Source: an uncultured Alphaproteobacteria bacterium
Lineage (GTDB): Bacteria; Pseudomonadota; Alphaproteobacteria; RF32; CAG-239
DNA: 64,000 nt
Reading direction: 5' to 3'
Assembly (NCBI GenBank): GCA_944392315.1
Contig: CALXWH010000001.1
Span: 64,703 to 128,702, forward strand
Within the stretch, counting starts at the first letter, position 1; each line of letters begins with the position of its first letter. Below are positions 17,903 through 27,074 of the stretch, piece by piece. Below the pieces are notes generated by a model. It saw only the letters and a list, made by a program, of their open reading frames with translations, did no database searches and was not told the origin of the DNA. Both the position numbers and the translations under genes were made by a program.

Positions 17903-18885
17903 TTTTGTAACTGCATTTGTTTTTGATTTAGTTTCAGTGTTGTTATAATGGAAAACAGGAGATATAGCTCATCAAATTGTTGAGCTATTCTTTTTTGATT
18001 GATTACCGAACGGAAAAAATTGGAACATTCAAACGTGTTCTTTTTTGTTTCTATTTTTACCATAACGTGTTGCTTAAAAAAACTAAACTCTATTTGATTA
18101 AACATCTCTTTTAACTTTTCCATATATTCCAACATAACAGGTGTTAGGATATACCGTGCTTCAATTTGATTATCCGAATACACTTCAAACTTCTTTTCAA
18201 ATTCCGGAGATTCAAGCCCTACCCTTTGTAAATTTTTGAATTTTTCTACGAAATTTAACCAACCTTTATCTTTGACCACAATTGTTTGACCGGAAAATTG
18301 TTTATTCATATCGGCATAGAAAATCAGCCCTCTTTCTTTTGAGACATATATATTTTCTCTTCTATGATTTTCTTCATTATATCTCTGTGATTGCTTAAAA
18401 CGATGATATTCGGCAATTTGCACGGACACATCTTGATATGTACCGCTAAAACAATCTTCTCCGCGCATTTGTCCTTTAGCTCTGAATAATAAAGATTCAT
18501 CCATTAAGTCCAGAGGTAATTCCTGATTATAAAAATATGTAAATTCTCCGAAAAAGTTAGCTAACACCGGTAGCAGACTTTCTTTACTACGGCGATAATA
18601 ACTCAACATCGGTAAGCATAACAATAATATTATCACGCATCCGGCCAGCCCATACCATCCATTTGTTTCGGTTAGCCCCTTTATTCCGGTTTGAAAGTTT
18701 TTTGCGACATAACCTATCCACAAAATCAAAGCAAAAGACATTAGCATAAATGTGTAAAAGTATCTTTTCCGTGTTTTTTCTATTTTTTGCAAAAGAGGTA
18801 GCACCTTTTCTTCATAGTACTGATTAAATTTATTTTTTTCTTCCAAATATTCCGGTGTTGTCGTGTATTTCCATTGTTTTGACAT
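17899..18885 (-). CDS. Membrane protein, DUF3137-like (328 aa, two TM helices)
   Basis: N-terminal helical stretch, then two TM segments (FYTFMLMSFALILWIGYV and WYGLAGCVIILLLCLPML). C-terminal LESPEFEKKFEVYSDNQIEARYILTPVMLEYMEKL matches my recollection of DUF3137. Confidence 0.55.
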   Translation of the reverse strand: MSKQWKYTTTPEYLEEKNKFNQYYEEKVLPLLQKIEKTRKRYFYTFMLMSFALILWIGYVAKNFQTGIKGLTETNGWYGLAGCVIILLLCLPMLSYYRRSKESLLPVLANFFGEFTYFYNQELPLDLMDESLLFRAKGQMRGEDCFSGTYQDVSVQIAEYHRFKQSQRYNEENHRRENIYVSKERGLIFYADMNKQFSGQTIVVKDKGWLNFVEKFKNLQRVGLESPEFEKKFEVYSDNQIEARYILTPVMLEYMEKLKEMFNQIEFSFFKQHVMVKIETKKNTFECSNFFRSVINQKRIAQQFDELYLLFSIITTLKLNQKQMQLQN

Positions 18886-18964
18886 GTCTCCTCCTTTGGC
18901 GATTTCTTAATCTTTTTTGTATATTATGAGGTTAATATCTTAAATATTTGCTAAGCGAGGAGCT

Positions 18965-20197
18965 ATGATTAATATCTTATGGGCGGGAATGTTTTTGAGC
19001 GCAATTTTTGTGGCCGCGTATCAGCTGATTTTTTTACAGAATTATGAAATTTTTTCGCAAATTACCAATGCTATTTTTCAAAATGCACAGAGTGCGGTTG
19101 AAATTTCTATCGGGCTCATCGGTATTTTGAGTTTTTGGCTCGGAATCTTAAAGCTTATTGAAAATGCACACATTGCTGAAAAAATTTCTGAAAAACTCAC
19201 GCCGCTCTTTAGAGTTCTTATGAAAGACGTTCCGGCAAACAGCCCGGCTATTTCTACGGTTGTGCTTAATATGGCAGCTAATTTTTTGGGACTTGATAAT
19301 GCGGCAACCCCAATGGGATTAAAGGCCATGGAACAGTTGCAAGAGCATAATCCCTCAAAAGATGAAGCAAGCGATGCGCAAATTCTCTTTATGATACTTA
19401 ATGCTTCGTCGGTTACGCTTATCCCTATTACTATTTTTATGTATCGGGCTCAAATGGGAGCGACGCATCCTACTGATGTTTTCATCCCTATTCTGCTGGC
19501 GACTTCGGTTTCAACACTCACGGGATTTATTCTTGTGGCTATTCGGCAAAAAATTGATTTGACTAACCGTACTTTATTAAAATGGTTGGGAGGCTTTGTT
19601 TTGCTCATTGTTGCGCTCACGTCTTTTTTTCTTTATCTTGAACCTTCCTTAAGATTAGCTCTTTCTTCAGCTCTTGGTAACATTATTTTGATTTTTCTTT
19701 TAGGGGCTGTTGTTTATATTGCACTGCGGCATAAAATCAAATGTTATGAAGTATTTGTAGACGGCGCCAAAGAAGGATTTTCTATTGCCTTGAATATTTT
19801 ACCCTATTTGTTAGCCATGCTTGTTGCGATCGGAGTGTTCAGAGCATCCGGAATTTTGGATATGATTGTGGATGGAATTAAGTTTTGTTGTGATAAACTT
19901 AATCTTGATTCCGGTTTTGCAGATGCACTCCCAACGGCTTTTATGAAGCCTTTATCCGGAAGCGGTGCGCGGGCGATGATGATTGAAACCATGCAGACAT
20001 TTGGCCCTGATAGTTTTGCTGCCTTTGCATCTTCTGTTATCCAAGGTTCTACGGAAACAACATTTTACGTCTTGACGGTTTATTTTGGGGCTATTAATAT
20101 CTCCAAAACCAGATATGCCCTTAAATATGCGTTACTCTCCGATTTGGCAGGAATTTTAACGGCTATCGGTGTTGCTTATTTGTTTTATTCAAAATAA
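18965..20197 (+). CDS. Nucleoside-recognition (Gate) domain membrane protein, fused SpmA/SpmB-like
   Basis: 410 aa and polytopic. SpmA-like N-terminus [19 protein letters not shown]. Has two Gate-like halves. Confidence 0.65.
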   Translation: MINILWAGMFLSAIFVAAYQLIFLQNYEIFSQITNAIFQNAQSAVEISIGLIGILSFWLGILKLIENAHIAEKISEKLTPLFRVLMKDVPANSPAISTVVLNMAANFLGLDNAATPMGLKAMEQLQEHNPSKDEASDAQILFMILNASSVTLIPITIFMYRAQMGATHPTDVFIPILLATSVSTLTGFILVAIRQKIDLTNRTLLKWLGGFVLLIVALTSFFLYLEPSLRLALSSALGNIILIFLLGAVVYIALRHKIKCYEVFVDGAKEGFSIALNILPYLLAMLVAIGVFRASGILDMIVDGIKFCCDKLNLDSGFADALPTAFMKPLSGSGARAMMIETMQTFGPDSFAAFASSVIQGSTETTFYVLTVYFGAINISKTRYALKYALLSDLAGILTAIGVAYLFYSK

Positions 20198-20216
20198 TCT
20201 GTTTGGAGTAGGTCTT

Positions 20217-20654
20217 ATGAAATTGTTAGTTCAAAGAGTATTAAACGCGCATGTTGAAGTTAACGGACAAACTGTTGGGCAAATTCAAAAAGGTATGTTG
20301 GTCTTTTTGGGCGTTGAAAAAGGTGACACCATGCAACAAGCAGATTTTTTAGCAAATAAGCTCACAAATTTGCGTATTTTTGAGGATGACGCCGGCAAAA
20401 TGAATTTATCCGTTAAAGATGTTTGTGGTGATATTCTTGTCGTGTCTCAATTTACTTTGGCTGCAGATCTTTCACGCGGAAATCGCCCCGGCTTTGACAA
20501 TGCCGAAATCCCTGAAAAGGCAAATGAAATGTATTTATATTTTCTTGATTTGCTTAAAAATAAAGGTATTACTCCGCAAACAGGAATTTTTCAGACAGAT
20601 ATGAAAGTTCATCTGGTTAATGACGGACCTTGTACTTTTTGGCTCTCTAAATAG
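20217..20654 (+). CDS. dtd: D-aminoacyl-tRNA deacylase
   Basis: MKLLVQRV start with GGAG upstream; SQFTLAAD and NDGPCTF motifs; 145 aa. The ORF-track start at 20169 overlaps the preceding gene and lacks an RBS. Confidence 0.9.
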   Translation: MKLLVQRVLNAHVEVNGQTVGQIQKGMLVFLGVEKGDTMQQADFLANKLTNLRIFEDDAGKMNLSVKDVCGDILVVSQFTLAADLSRGNRPGFDNAEIPEKANEMYLYFLDLLKNKGITPQTGIFQTDMKVHLVNDGPCTFWLSK

Positions 20655-21512
20655 TTAATTTTTAATCAAACTATTCAGTTTCCCTGACAGAGCATTTATG
20701 CCGTCTTCCAGCAGCTTTTCTACTAATTTATGCGCTATTTCTTGCGTATTCTGTTCTTTATTGATAATTATGTAGCGATTTTGAGTTTCCGAATCTACCA
20801 GTGTTCCATCATTTTTTCTTAATTCTATGACTATAGACATACTGTATCGGCTGTTGGTTTCGTTTATCGGTTCTATTTTAGATAGTACTAATTTCGGAGC
20901 TAAAAAATAATCGGCTAACTCTTTATCTTCCGTTACTAAAACTCTTGGCTCAAAACTTAGTTGTTCGGTTATTTTGGAAGTAAAATTGTTGGTTGAACTA
21001 CCGTTATAATATTCCATTTCCTTGATATAAAGCAATGGAATCGTACTGTCTGTTTCATACATGGATTTGGGCAACACCGTATTTACCTGTTGGGCAATTT
21101 TCTCCGCCCTATCCTCGTTAAACGATGGCAATTTTTCGGTTGTGGCGATTTCTGCTATTTTATTTTTAGCTAGCTTTCCGCTTATTTCCAAGCATATCTT
21201 TTCATTATCATCTTGGGTTGTTATGACTGTTACATCATTTAAGGCCTTATCTGCTATTCTATATGCTAAGATATTGTAGCTATGATCATCCATATCTTGC
21301 GCTAGGGCTTTTACTTCCGGACATTTTTTTACGGCCATCAGTACAGCCTTATCATAAGCCTTATAACGTATTTCTCCGCGGGTCTGATCTTCTGTTATGT
21401 CTGAGCAGGCCGTTCCTCTTATTTCAGAAAAAAAACTATCTGCCTTTACCGAGCTGATTGGATTTATCAGCAGAGCAAAGACAGATAGTTTGATTACAAG
21501 GGTTCTTTTCAT
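20655..21512 (-). CDS. Hypothetical secreted protein (285 aa)
   Basis: Signal peptide MKRTLVIKLSVFALLINPISSVKA. The C-terminal half loosely resembles an LpoB/FlgO-type module (ELADYFLAPKLVLSKI...YSMSIVIELRKNDGTLV). Confidence 0.6.
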   Translation of the reverse strand: MKRTLVIKLSVFALLINPISSVKADSFFSEIRGTACSDITEDQTRGEIRYKAYDKAVLMAVKKCPEVKALAQDMDDHSYNILAYRIADKALNDVTVITTQDDNEKICLEISGKLAKNKIAEIATTEKLPSFNEDRAEKIAQQVNTVLPKSMYETDSTIPLLYIKEMEYYNGSSTNNFTSKITEQLSFEPRVLVTEDKELADYFLAPKLVLSKIEPINETNSRYSMSIVIELRKNDGTLVDSETQNRYIIINKEQNTQEIAHKLVEKLLEDGINALSGKLNSLIKN

Positions 21513-21516
21513 CCAA

Positions 21517-22461
21517 TTATTCTTGAACTTGTCTGATAATTTCTACCCATTCATTGACTTTTTTACCGTTCTTGTCAAACATTTCAAGTTTGTATTGCAA
21601 AGCCGGAACGGTATTATCTGGCGCAACATACCAATCTGCAGAAGTATCTACAACGAAATCTGCATTATTGATATTGTTGACAACTTCATAAGTTTTGGAG
21701 CCGCTGATGATATCTTTGGTTGCACCCTTTAAGCGGTGACTTCCATATGGTAAATCAGAGCTCAATAACTTGGTATCTTTGATATAAATTGTTCTGGTTT
21801 TACCACTGTCATAAATGGCTGAAGTATCTTGCAACATACGATTTGTCGCGCGGGTTGCTACAACAATATATGCTTCCGGAGAATATTTAGCAATTGTAGC
21901 TGCATCAACTTTTGCATTAGCTGATTTCATGCCGACAACTTCTGAATGGTACGGATTTTGCTTTACCGTTACTTCTATAGTATCTCCTGCCGGAGCGGCT
22001 TGAGGTGCTATAGGAGCCGGAGCAGTATAACCACTGTAGCTGACTTCTGCCGGAATGATTTCTTCATGAGTTGTTACAACCGGTTCGCATACATCTTTAC
22101 CGCAAGGTTCTTCCATTGTTGTCGTTGTGGTAATGATTTTTTTCGTTGTGGTTACTTTTGGTTGCGGCATTGGCATCGGTTGACATCCGCATGGCTGCAT
22201 GCATGTCGGTTGATAGCAAGGTTGCGCTACTTCTGCACATGGGCAATCATATACCGGTTGCGGTGCCGGAACATATATTGGTTCCGGTTTTACAACAGCT
22301 GGTGCCGGAGCTGGTGCTACAGGCGCTGGCTCTATCACCGGAGCTTGGTCTTCATAAACTGTTTCATCAAATGTTACGTTGTCTACCTCTTCCCACTGGT
22401 TATCACTGCATGAGCAGGCGGCCAGCATCGTACAGGTAATGACACTTATTATTCTTTTCAT
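21517..22461 (-). CDS. Hypothetical lipoprotein (314 aa) with Pro/Cys-rich linker
   Basis: Lipobox in MKRIISVITCTMLAAC-S. Linker APVIEPAPVAPAPAPAVVKPEPIYVPAPQPVYDCPCAEVAQPCYQPTCMQPCGCQPMPMPQPK. C-terminal globular module ends NADFVVDTSADWYV...LQYKLEMFDKNGKKVNEW. Confidence 0.65.
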   Translation of the reverse strand: MKRIISVITCTMLAACSCSDNQWEEVDNVTFDETVYEDQAPVIEPAPVAPAPAPAVVKPEPIYVPAPQPVYDCPCAEVAQPCYQPTCMQPCGCQPMPMPQPKVTTTKKIITTTTTMEEPCGKDVCEPVVTTHEEIIPAEVSYSGYTAPAPIAPQAAPAGDTIEVTVKQNPYHSEVVGMKSANAKVDAATIAKYSPEAYIVVATRATNRMLQDTSAIYDSGKTRTIYIKDTKLLSSDLPYGSHRLKGATKDIISGSKTYEVVNNINNADFVVDTSADWYVAPDNTVPALQYKLEMFDKNGKKVNEWVEIIRQVQE

Positions 22462-22594
22462 TGGGCATCTCCTACTAAATTATTATTATTTATACTATTA
22501 GCGCCAAGCAATTAAAAATTTCTTAAGTTTTTGATTTACTTTTGCCTTTTTTTATGTTACTTCCCTCTAAAAGTTTAGCCTATGAGGAGTTGTT

Positions 22595-23035
22595 ATGACG
22601 ATTACTTTCGCTTCTTTTATATTTGCTTTTTTGTTCTTATTTAAAGCCGTACAAAAGAATACGTTTTTTATTCTTTACGCCACGGCTATGATTTTAGCAT
22701 CTTATTATTGCGAAAGTCAACTGGGTTGGAGGGTCAGACCTTTTTCTAAGGCTGCCATTATGCTGTTTGTTCTTTTTCATCTACCTTTAATTAATTTTTT
22801 TACATTTGCCGCTTATGGACGTGATAAAAGATGCGCTCAAAGAGGTGAGTGGCGTATTCCTGAGGTTCAACTGCATACGCTGGAACTACTGGGAGGAACA
22901 ATCGGCGCTATTATCGGACAGAAGTTTTTTCATCACAAAAACAAGAAAAAATCTTATATGGCTACTTTTTTTGCAACGATTGTCATTCAAGTCGGCGTTA
23001 TCTTATATATTTTACGGGCGTTGCGGCTTTTATAA
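22595..23035 (+). CDS. DUF1294 membrane protein
   Basis: RDKRCAQRGEWRIPEVQLHTLELLGGTIGAIIGQKFFHHKNKK is the characteristic DUF1294 core. Confidence 0.8.
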   Translation: MTITFASFIFAFLFLFKAVQKNTFFILYATAMILASYYCESQLGWRVRPFSKAAIMLFVLFHLPLINFFTFAAYGRDKRCAQRGEWRIPEVQLHTLELLGGTIGAIIGQKFFHHKNKKKSYMATFFATIVIQVGVILYILRALRLL

Positions 23036-23521
23036 TTACATCACCATGGCGCTGGTATATAAGGCCTGAGACGGTTCAACATTTTGACGCATCACCGCAT
23101 TGAAAATCGGATATACGCGTTCGCACTCCATAATCGCCAGCTCTATAATCTTACTGATTTTATGAGAGAATAGCTCTTCGTTATCTTGCAGTATCAGAGA
23201 ATGTTTAAAGATTGGCATTTTTTGTTCACTCCAATAAGAGAAGTGTCCCAACCATAAATTTTCGTTCAAAAGCGCCAACAACTCAAACATTTTGGCTCTG
23301 TCTACATTTGAGGTTTCTATGTTTAACAGACAGGAAATATGTAAACATCTTAAATGTTCCTCATAGGCAAAAAATATCAGCATATTATCCCATTTGCCCA
23401 AAACCTCTGCCACTAATTCATTATCTTTGCGGCGATCGTATGAAACTTTATCTCGGGAAAATATGCCCTCTATTGTGTCTATCGGATTGTATAAATCTTC
23501 CTCAACTGCTAAATTTATCAC
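23036..23521 (-). CDS. YbjN-domain protein (T3SS-chaperone-like fold)
   Basis: 161 aa. NPIDTIEGIF...WDNMLIFFAYEEHLRCLHISC...MFELLALLNENLWLGHFSYW...MPIFKHSL fits the YbjN pattern. Confidence 0.7.
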   Translation of the reverse strand: MINLAVEEDLYNPIDTIEGIFSRDKVSYDRRKDNELVAEVLGKWDNMLIFFAYEEHLRCLHISCLLNIETSNVDRAKMFELLALLNENLWLGHFSYWSEQKMPIFKHSLILQDNEELFSHKISKIIELAIMECERVYPIFNAVMRQNVEPSQALYTSAMVM

Positions 23522-23775
23522 CGCTTCATCCTCTGTTTTGTTTCTACTTGCGCTCGTGCATTTATTTTTGACGCATGCACCGACTTAAAACAACTACAAT
23601 CTATACTTTTCCACTTATTTAAGAATTTTGTAACTTTTTCATTTTTTATAAATTCCCTTTAATCATACACTTAGCTTTTTCTTTAAAAAAAATATCTTTT
23701 TTATGTGGATTATATTTTTTTGTTAATATAAATTTAAGCGTTATATAAAAGTTATTTTGCAAATCGGAGCTAAAT

Positions 23776-24564
23776 ATGTATTTTGATTTTCCCAATATCT
23801 CTCCTATCATTTTTTCTGTTGGGCCTTTTTCTCTGCGTTGGTATGCTTTAGCCTATCTCATCGGAATTATCTCTGCATGGTTACTCACTAAAAGAAATAT
23901 CAAAAAATATAATTTAGGAATCTCTGATGAGCAATTAGATGATTTGGTTTTTTATGTTACTTTGGGAATTATCCTAGGCGGTCGGTTAGGTTATGTTTGT
24001 TGCTACGGAAATGGCTATTTTTGGGAAAATCCTCAAGAAATTATCGCATTGTGGCATGGCGGTATGTCTTTCCATGGCGGTATAATCGGCGTTATTATCG
24101 GGCTTTTCTTGTTTGCCAGAAAATATAAATTTCCATTTCTTAAAATAACGGATATTGTTGCTTTATATGTTCCTATCGGGATATTTTTAGGTAGGCTTGC
24201 TAATTTTGTTAATGATGAATTATGGGGACGGGTTACAACTGTTCCGTGGGCGGTTAAATTTCCTGAAGGGGGCTATCTGCCTCGTCATCCCTCGCAGCTT
24301 TATGAAGCCATGCTTGAGGGGGTGGTTATGTTTATCATCCTTAATCTCTTATGGAAAAAGTCTTTTGTCAGAGAGCACTTTGGTATTACCTCTGCGGTTT
24401 TCTTGATTGTTTATGCGATTTCTCGTGTTATCGTGGAATTTTTCAGAGAGCCGGACCAGCAAATCGGTTTCCTTTTAGGTGGTATTACGATGGGGCAGCT
24501 TTTGTCGCTTCCTTTTTTGCTGTTGGGAATTTATGTTCTCCACCGCTCGGTCAAAAAATCTTAA
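23776..24564 (+). CDS. lgt: Prolipoprotein diacylglyceryl transferase
   Basis: Motifs LRWYALAYL, WHGGMSFHGG, GRLANFVNDELWGR and HPSQLYEA. Confidence 0.95.
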   Translation: MYFDFPNISPIIFSVGPFSLRWYALAYLIGIISAWLLTKRNIKKYNLGISDEQLDDLVFYVTLGIILGGRLGYVCCYGNGYFWENPQEIIALWHGGMSFHGGIIGVIIGLFLFARKYKFPFLKITDIVALYVPIGIFLGRLANFVNDELWGRVTTVPWAVKFPEGGYLPRHPSQLYEAMLEGVVMFIILNLLWKKSFVREHFGITSAVFLIVYAISRVIVEFFREPDQQIGFLLGGITMGQLLSLPFLLLGIYVLHRSVKKS

Positions 24565-25733
24565 GCTTTAATCGTAATATTTCTTGTAAATTTGCAGGCT
24601 TTTTGCAAATTTTCTTCGGCTCTTGTCAAAACGGCATAAGCATTTGCATCGCTACGTTTTTTTTCGCTCACACATTGTGAAACCGTTAGTTGCAAATTAT
24701 TGTTTTCATTAAAAACAAAAATAGATTTTGCAATACTGCGCCGGAGATTCTCCGCCTTTTCAAAACTTTCTGACGCATTCATGTTGGTAAAAGCCAAAAT
24801 CAATGCGTCCGATTTATAATTATATATTAAAACATCTGTATTGACACCTTTTATCCGTTCTAAAAACATTTTTTTCAGTTGTAGCATCTTTCGTTGACCG
24901 AAACGTTTCATCAGGCGTTCATATTCATCTATGTACATTAGAGAAATACTGTATTTGAGTGGATATTTATTTTCAGCATCGCGATAATAGCCATGAGAAT
25001 TTTCAATATCCAACTCCTCATCGCGGCTACGAATATAAAATGTATAATATACGGAAGACACTAAAAGAATTAGACTTGCTGCTAAGAAAAACAAGCTAAA
25101 TGCCAAAATATCATCTGAATAATATATCCCCATAAAAACAGCTATGGATGTAAAGAGTGTCGTTGCGCCCAAAATTTTACCTTTTGCAATATAATATATC
25201 AACAAAATAGCTATGCATAATAAAGAAATGCTTAGTGCCGGATAGTTGAACATGCCTATATGTTTATAAAAATAGTAAGAATCCGCATCTATACTGTGAT
25301 TTTGCAATTTTTCTATCAACGCTGTCTGCAAAAATAAAAAGACATAGAAAAAACTCCAATATTTGTAATTTTTCTGCTTTCTAAATATGAAGTACGCCAA
25401 ACTCAAATTAGGCAAAATCAAAGCACTCCATATATTGTATCCTGATGAAAAAATGTAGTCCTCTCCATAGGTGTAGCGCAGACTATTTATCATAAGGTAG
25501 CTAATGTAAATAACTGAGGCCAGCATGACAGAACTTAAAATTTTTAGGCCTCCCATGACTATCATCGTTAAAAAGATGCAGCCGATAAAAGAGGCATGGA
25601 TAGTCTGATAGTTTTCTTCCGAAAATTCAGATACTGAGAAAAAATATATAAGGAAAGCTCCCATTATTGTTATCGGGAGCCACGCACCTTTATTAAATTT
25701 AAAAATTTTTTCCAGTTCAAATTCTAACAACAC
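24561..25733 (-). CDS. Polytopic membrane protein with C-terminal degenerate GGDEF-like domain
   Basis: About 8 TM segments, then SLMYIDEYERLMKRFGQRK...LIYNYKSDALILAF...LQLTVSQCVSE...AVLTRAEENLQKACKFTRN. KSDAL (24801..24815) occupies the GG(D/E)EF position. Confidence 0.6.
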   Translation of the reverse strand: MLLEFELEKIFKFNKGAWLPITIMGAFLIYFFSVSEFSEENYQTIHASFIGCIFLTMIVMGGLKILSSVMLASVIYISYLMINSLRYTYGEDYIFSSGYNIWSALILPNLSLAYFIFRKQKNYKYWSFFYVFLFLQTALIEKLQNHSIDADSYYFYKHIGMFNYPALSISLLCIAILLIYYIAKGKILGATTLFTSIAVFMGIYYSDDILAFSLFFLAASLILLVSSVYYTFYIRSRDEELDIENSHGYYRDAENKYPLKYSISLMYIDEYERLMKRFGQRKMLQLKKMFLERIKGVNTDVLIYNYKSDALILAFTNMNASESFEKAENLRRSIAKSIFVFNENNNLQLTVSQCVSEKKRSDANAYAVLTRAEENLQKACKFTRNITIKA

Positions 25734-25795
25734 TATTCTCCAACGGCATGACTTGTTTAATTAGCCTTAATGTTGTCTATTGTAATCAGGAAAGG

Positions 25796-26878
25796 TTAAA
25801 TTTTATTTACACATTTTAAAATTGAACTGTCTCCGTATGAATAAAAACGGTATTTTTCTTTAATTGCATGAGCATACGCCGCTTTCATTCTTTCTGTACC
25901 GGCAATAGCGCAAATGAGCATAAATAGCGTTGATTTTGGTAAATGGAAATTTGTGATTATCCCATCTATCATCTTAAATTTATATCCGGGGGTGATAAAA
26001 ATGGATGTTTCTCCATTAAATGGGTGCAATATGCCTTTATCGTCTCCGGCACTTTCCAGCAGGCGAACGGAAGTGGTTCCTACAGCGATAATTCTTCGCC
26101 CTTCTGCTTTGGCCTTATTGATGATATCACATGCTTGTGGTGTGATTATTCCATATTCGGCATGCATTTTATGGTCTTTGGTATCTTCCGTTTTTACCGG
26201 CAAAAACGTTCCAGCGCCAACGTGCAACGTTAAAAAGACTTTTGTTATCCCCTTTTCATCCAAGCGCTTTAGTACATTATCCGTAAAGTGCAAACCAGCA
26301 GTTGGGGCTGCAACGGCTCCTTCATATTTTGCGTAAACAGTTTGATAATTCTCTTTATCATTGTATTTATTCCAAAGCCCCGGTAAAGGTTTTTCTCTTT
26401 TTATATATGGCGGAAGCGGCATTAACCCGTATGTTTCAAGCTTCTTTGACAAATCATCTACGGGGCATAAAAATTCCAATAAGACACCGTCCTCGCCATG
26501 TTTTTCCAGAACTGTTGCTTTAAAATCAGATTGTTCTACCGGTATTTCCGACGTGTAGAAAGTGACAACATCTCCCGGATGCAAGCGTTTGGAATTTTTA
26601 ATAAATGACCACCACGTTTGCCCATTTTCCGGATGGTATAAGGTTACCTCTACCTCTGCTTCTCCTCTTTTACCATATAAACGTGCCGGAATAACTTTTG
26701 TGTCATTAAAAACCAAAACATCGCCCTTGTGAAGGATATCCGGCAAATCATAAAAGTGGCGATCTATAATTTTGTCGTCTTCTGTTACATCCATCAAACG
26801 AGAAGTATCTCTCGGATTAGCCGGCTCCTTGGCTATCAGGTCTTTATCTAACTCAAAATCAAACAAATCTACACGCAT
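25796..26878 (-). CDS. queA: S-adenosylmethionine:tRNA ribosyltransferase-isomerase
   Basis: MRVDLFDFELDKDLIAKEP, AAPTAGLHFT and AVGTTSVRLLES. Confidence 0.95.
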   Translation of the reverse strand: MRVDLFDFELDKDLIAKEPANPRDTSRLMDVTEDDKIIDRHFYDLPDILHKGDVLVFNDTKVIPARLYGKRGEAEVEVTLYHPENGQTWWSFIKNSKRLHPGDVVTFYTSEIPVEQSDFKATVLEKHGEDGVLLEFLCPVDDLSKKLETYGLMPLPPYIKREKPLPGLWNKYNDKENYQTVYAKYEGAVAAPTAGLHFTDNVLKRLDEKGITKVFLTLHVGAGTFLPVKTEDTKDHKMHAEYGIITPQACDIINKAKAEGRRIIAVGTTSVRLLESAGDDKGILHPFNGETSIFITPGYKFKMIDGIITNFHLPKSTLFMLICAIAGTERMKAAYAHAIKEKYRFYSYGDSSILKCVNKI

Positions 26879-27009
26879 TGTTCTTTCCTTTATCTGTTTT
26901 TTTTCACGGTTATAACCCTGCTTATTTATTTTGGCAACCTCTTTTTTATTTACAGCTTTTTTACTTTTGACAATTTTTTAAAAATTTATTTAAAATTGAC
27001 AAAAAGTAG

Positions 27010-27038
27010 TTGAAATAATTAAAATACTAGTATATACT
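27010..27038 (+). promoter_or_regulatory. Sigma70-like promoter candidate for the large repeat-protein gene
   Basis: TTGAAA (27010..27015), 17-nt spacer, TATACT (27033..27038). Two further TTGACA hexamers lie upstream. Confidence 0.35.
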
Positions 27039-27074
27039 GCCATTAAATAATGGTCTTTTTTGGAGATGAATACG

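Noticed and set aside
21946-22439. Cys/Arg/Tyr-rich + strand ORFs (155 and 97 aa)
   Set aside because: They are antisense shadows of the Pro/Cys-rich linker of the lipoprotein gene at 21517..22461.
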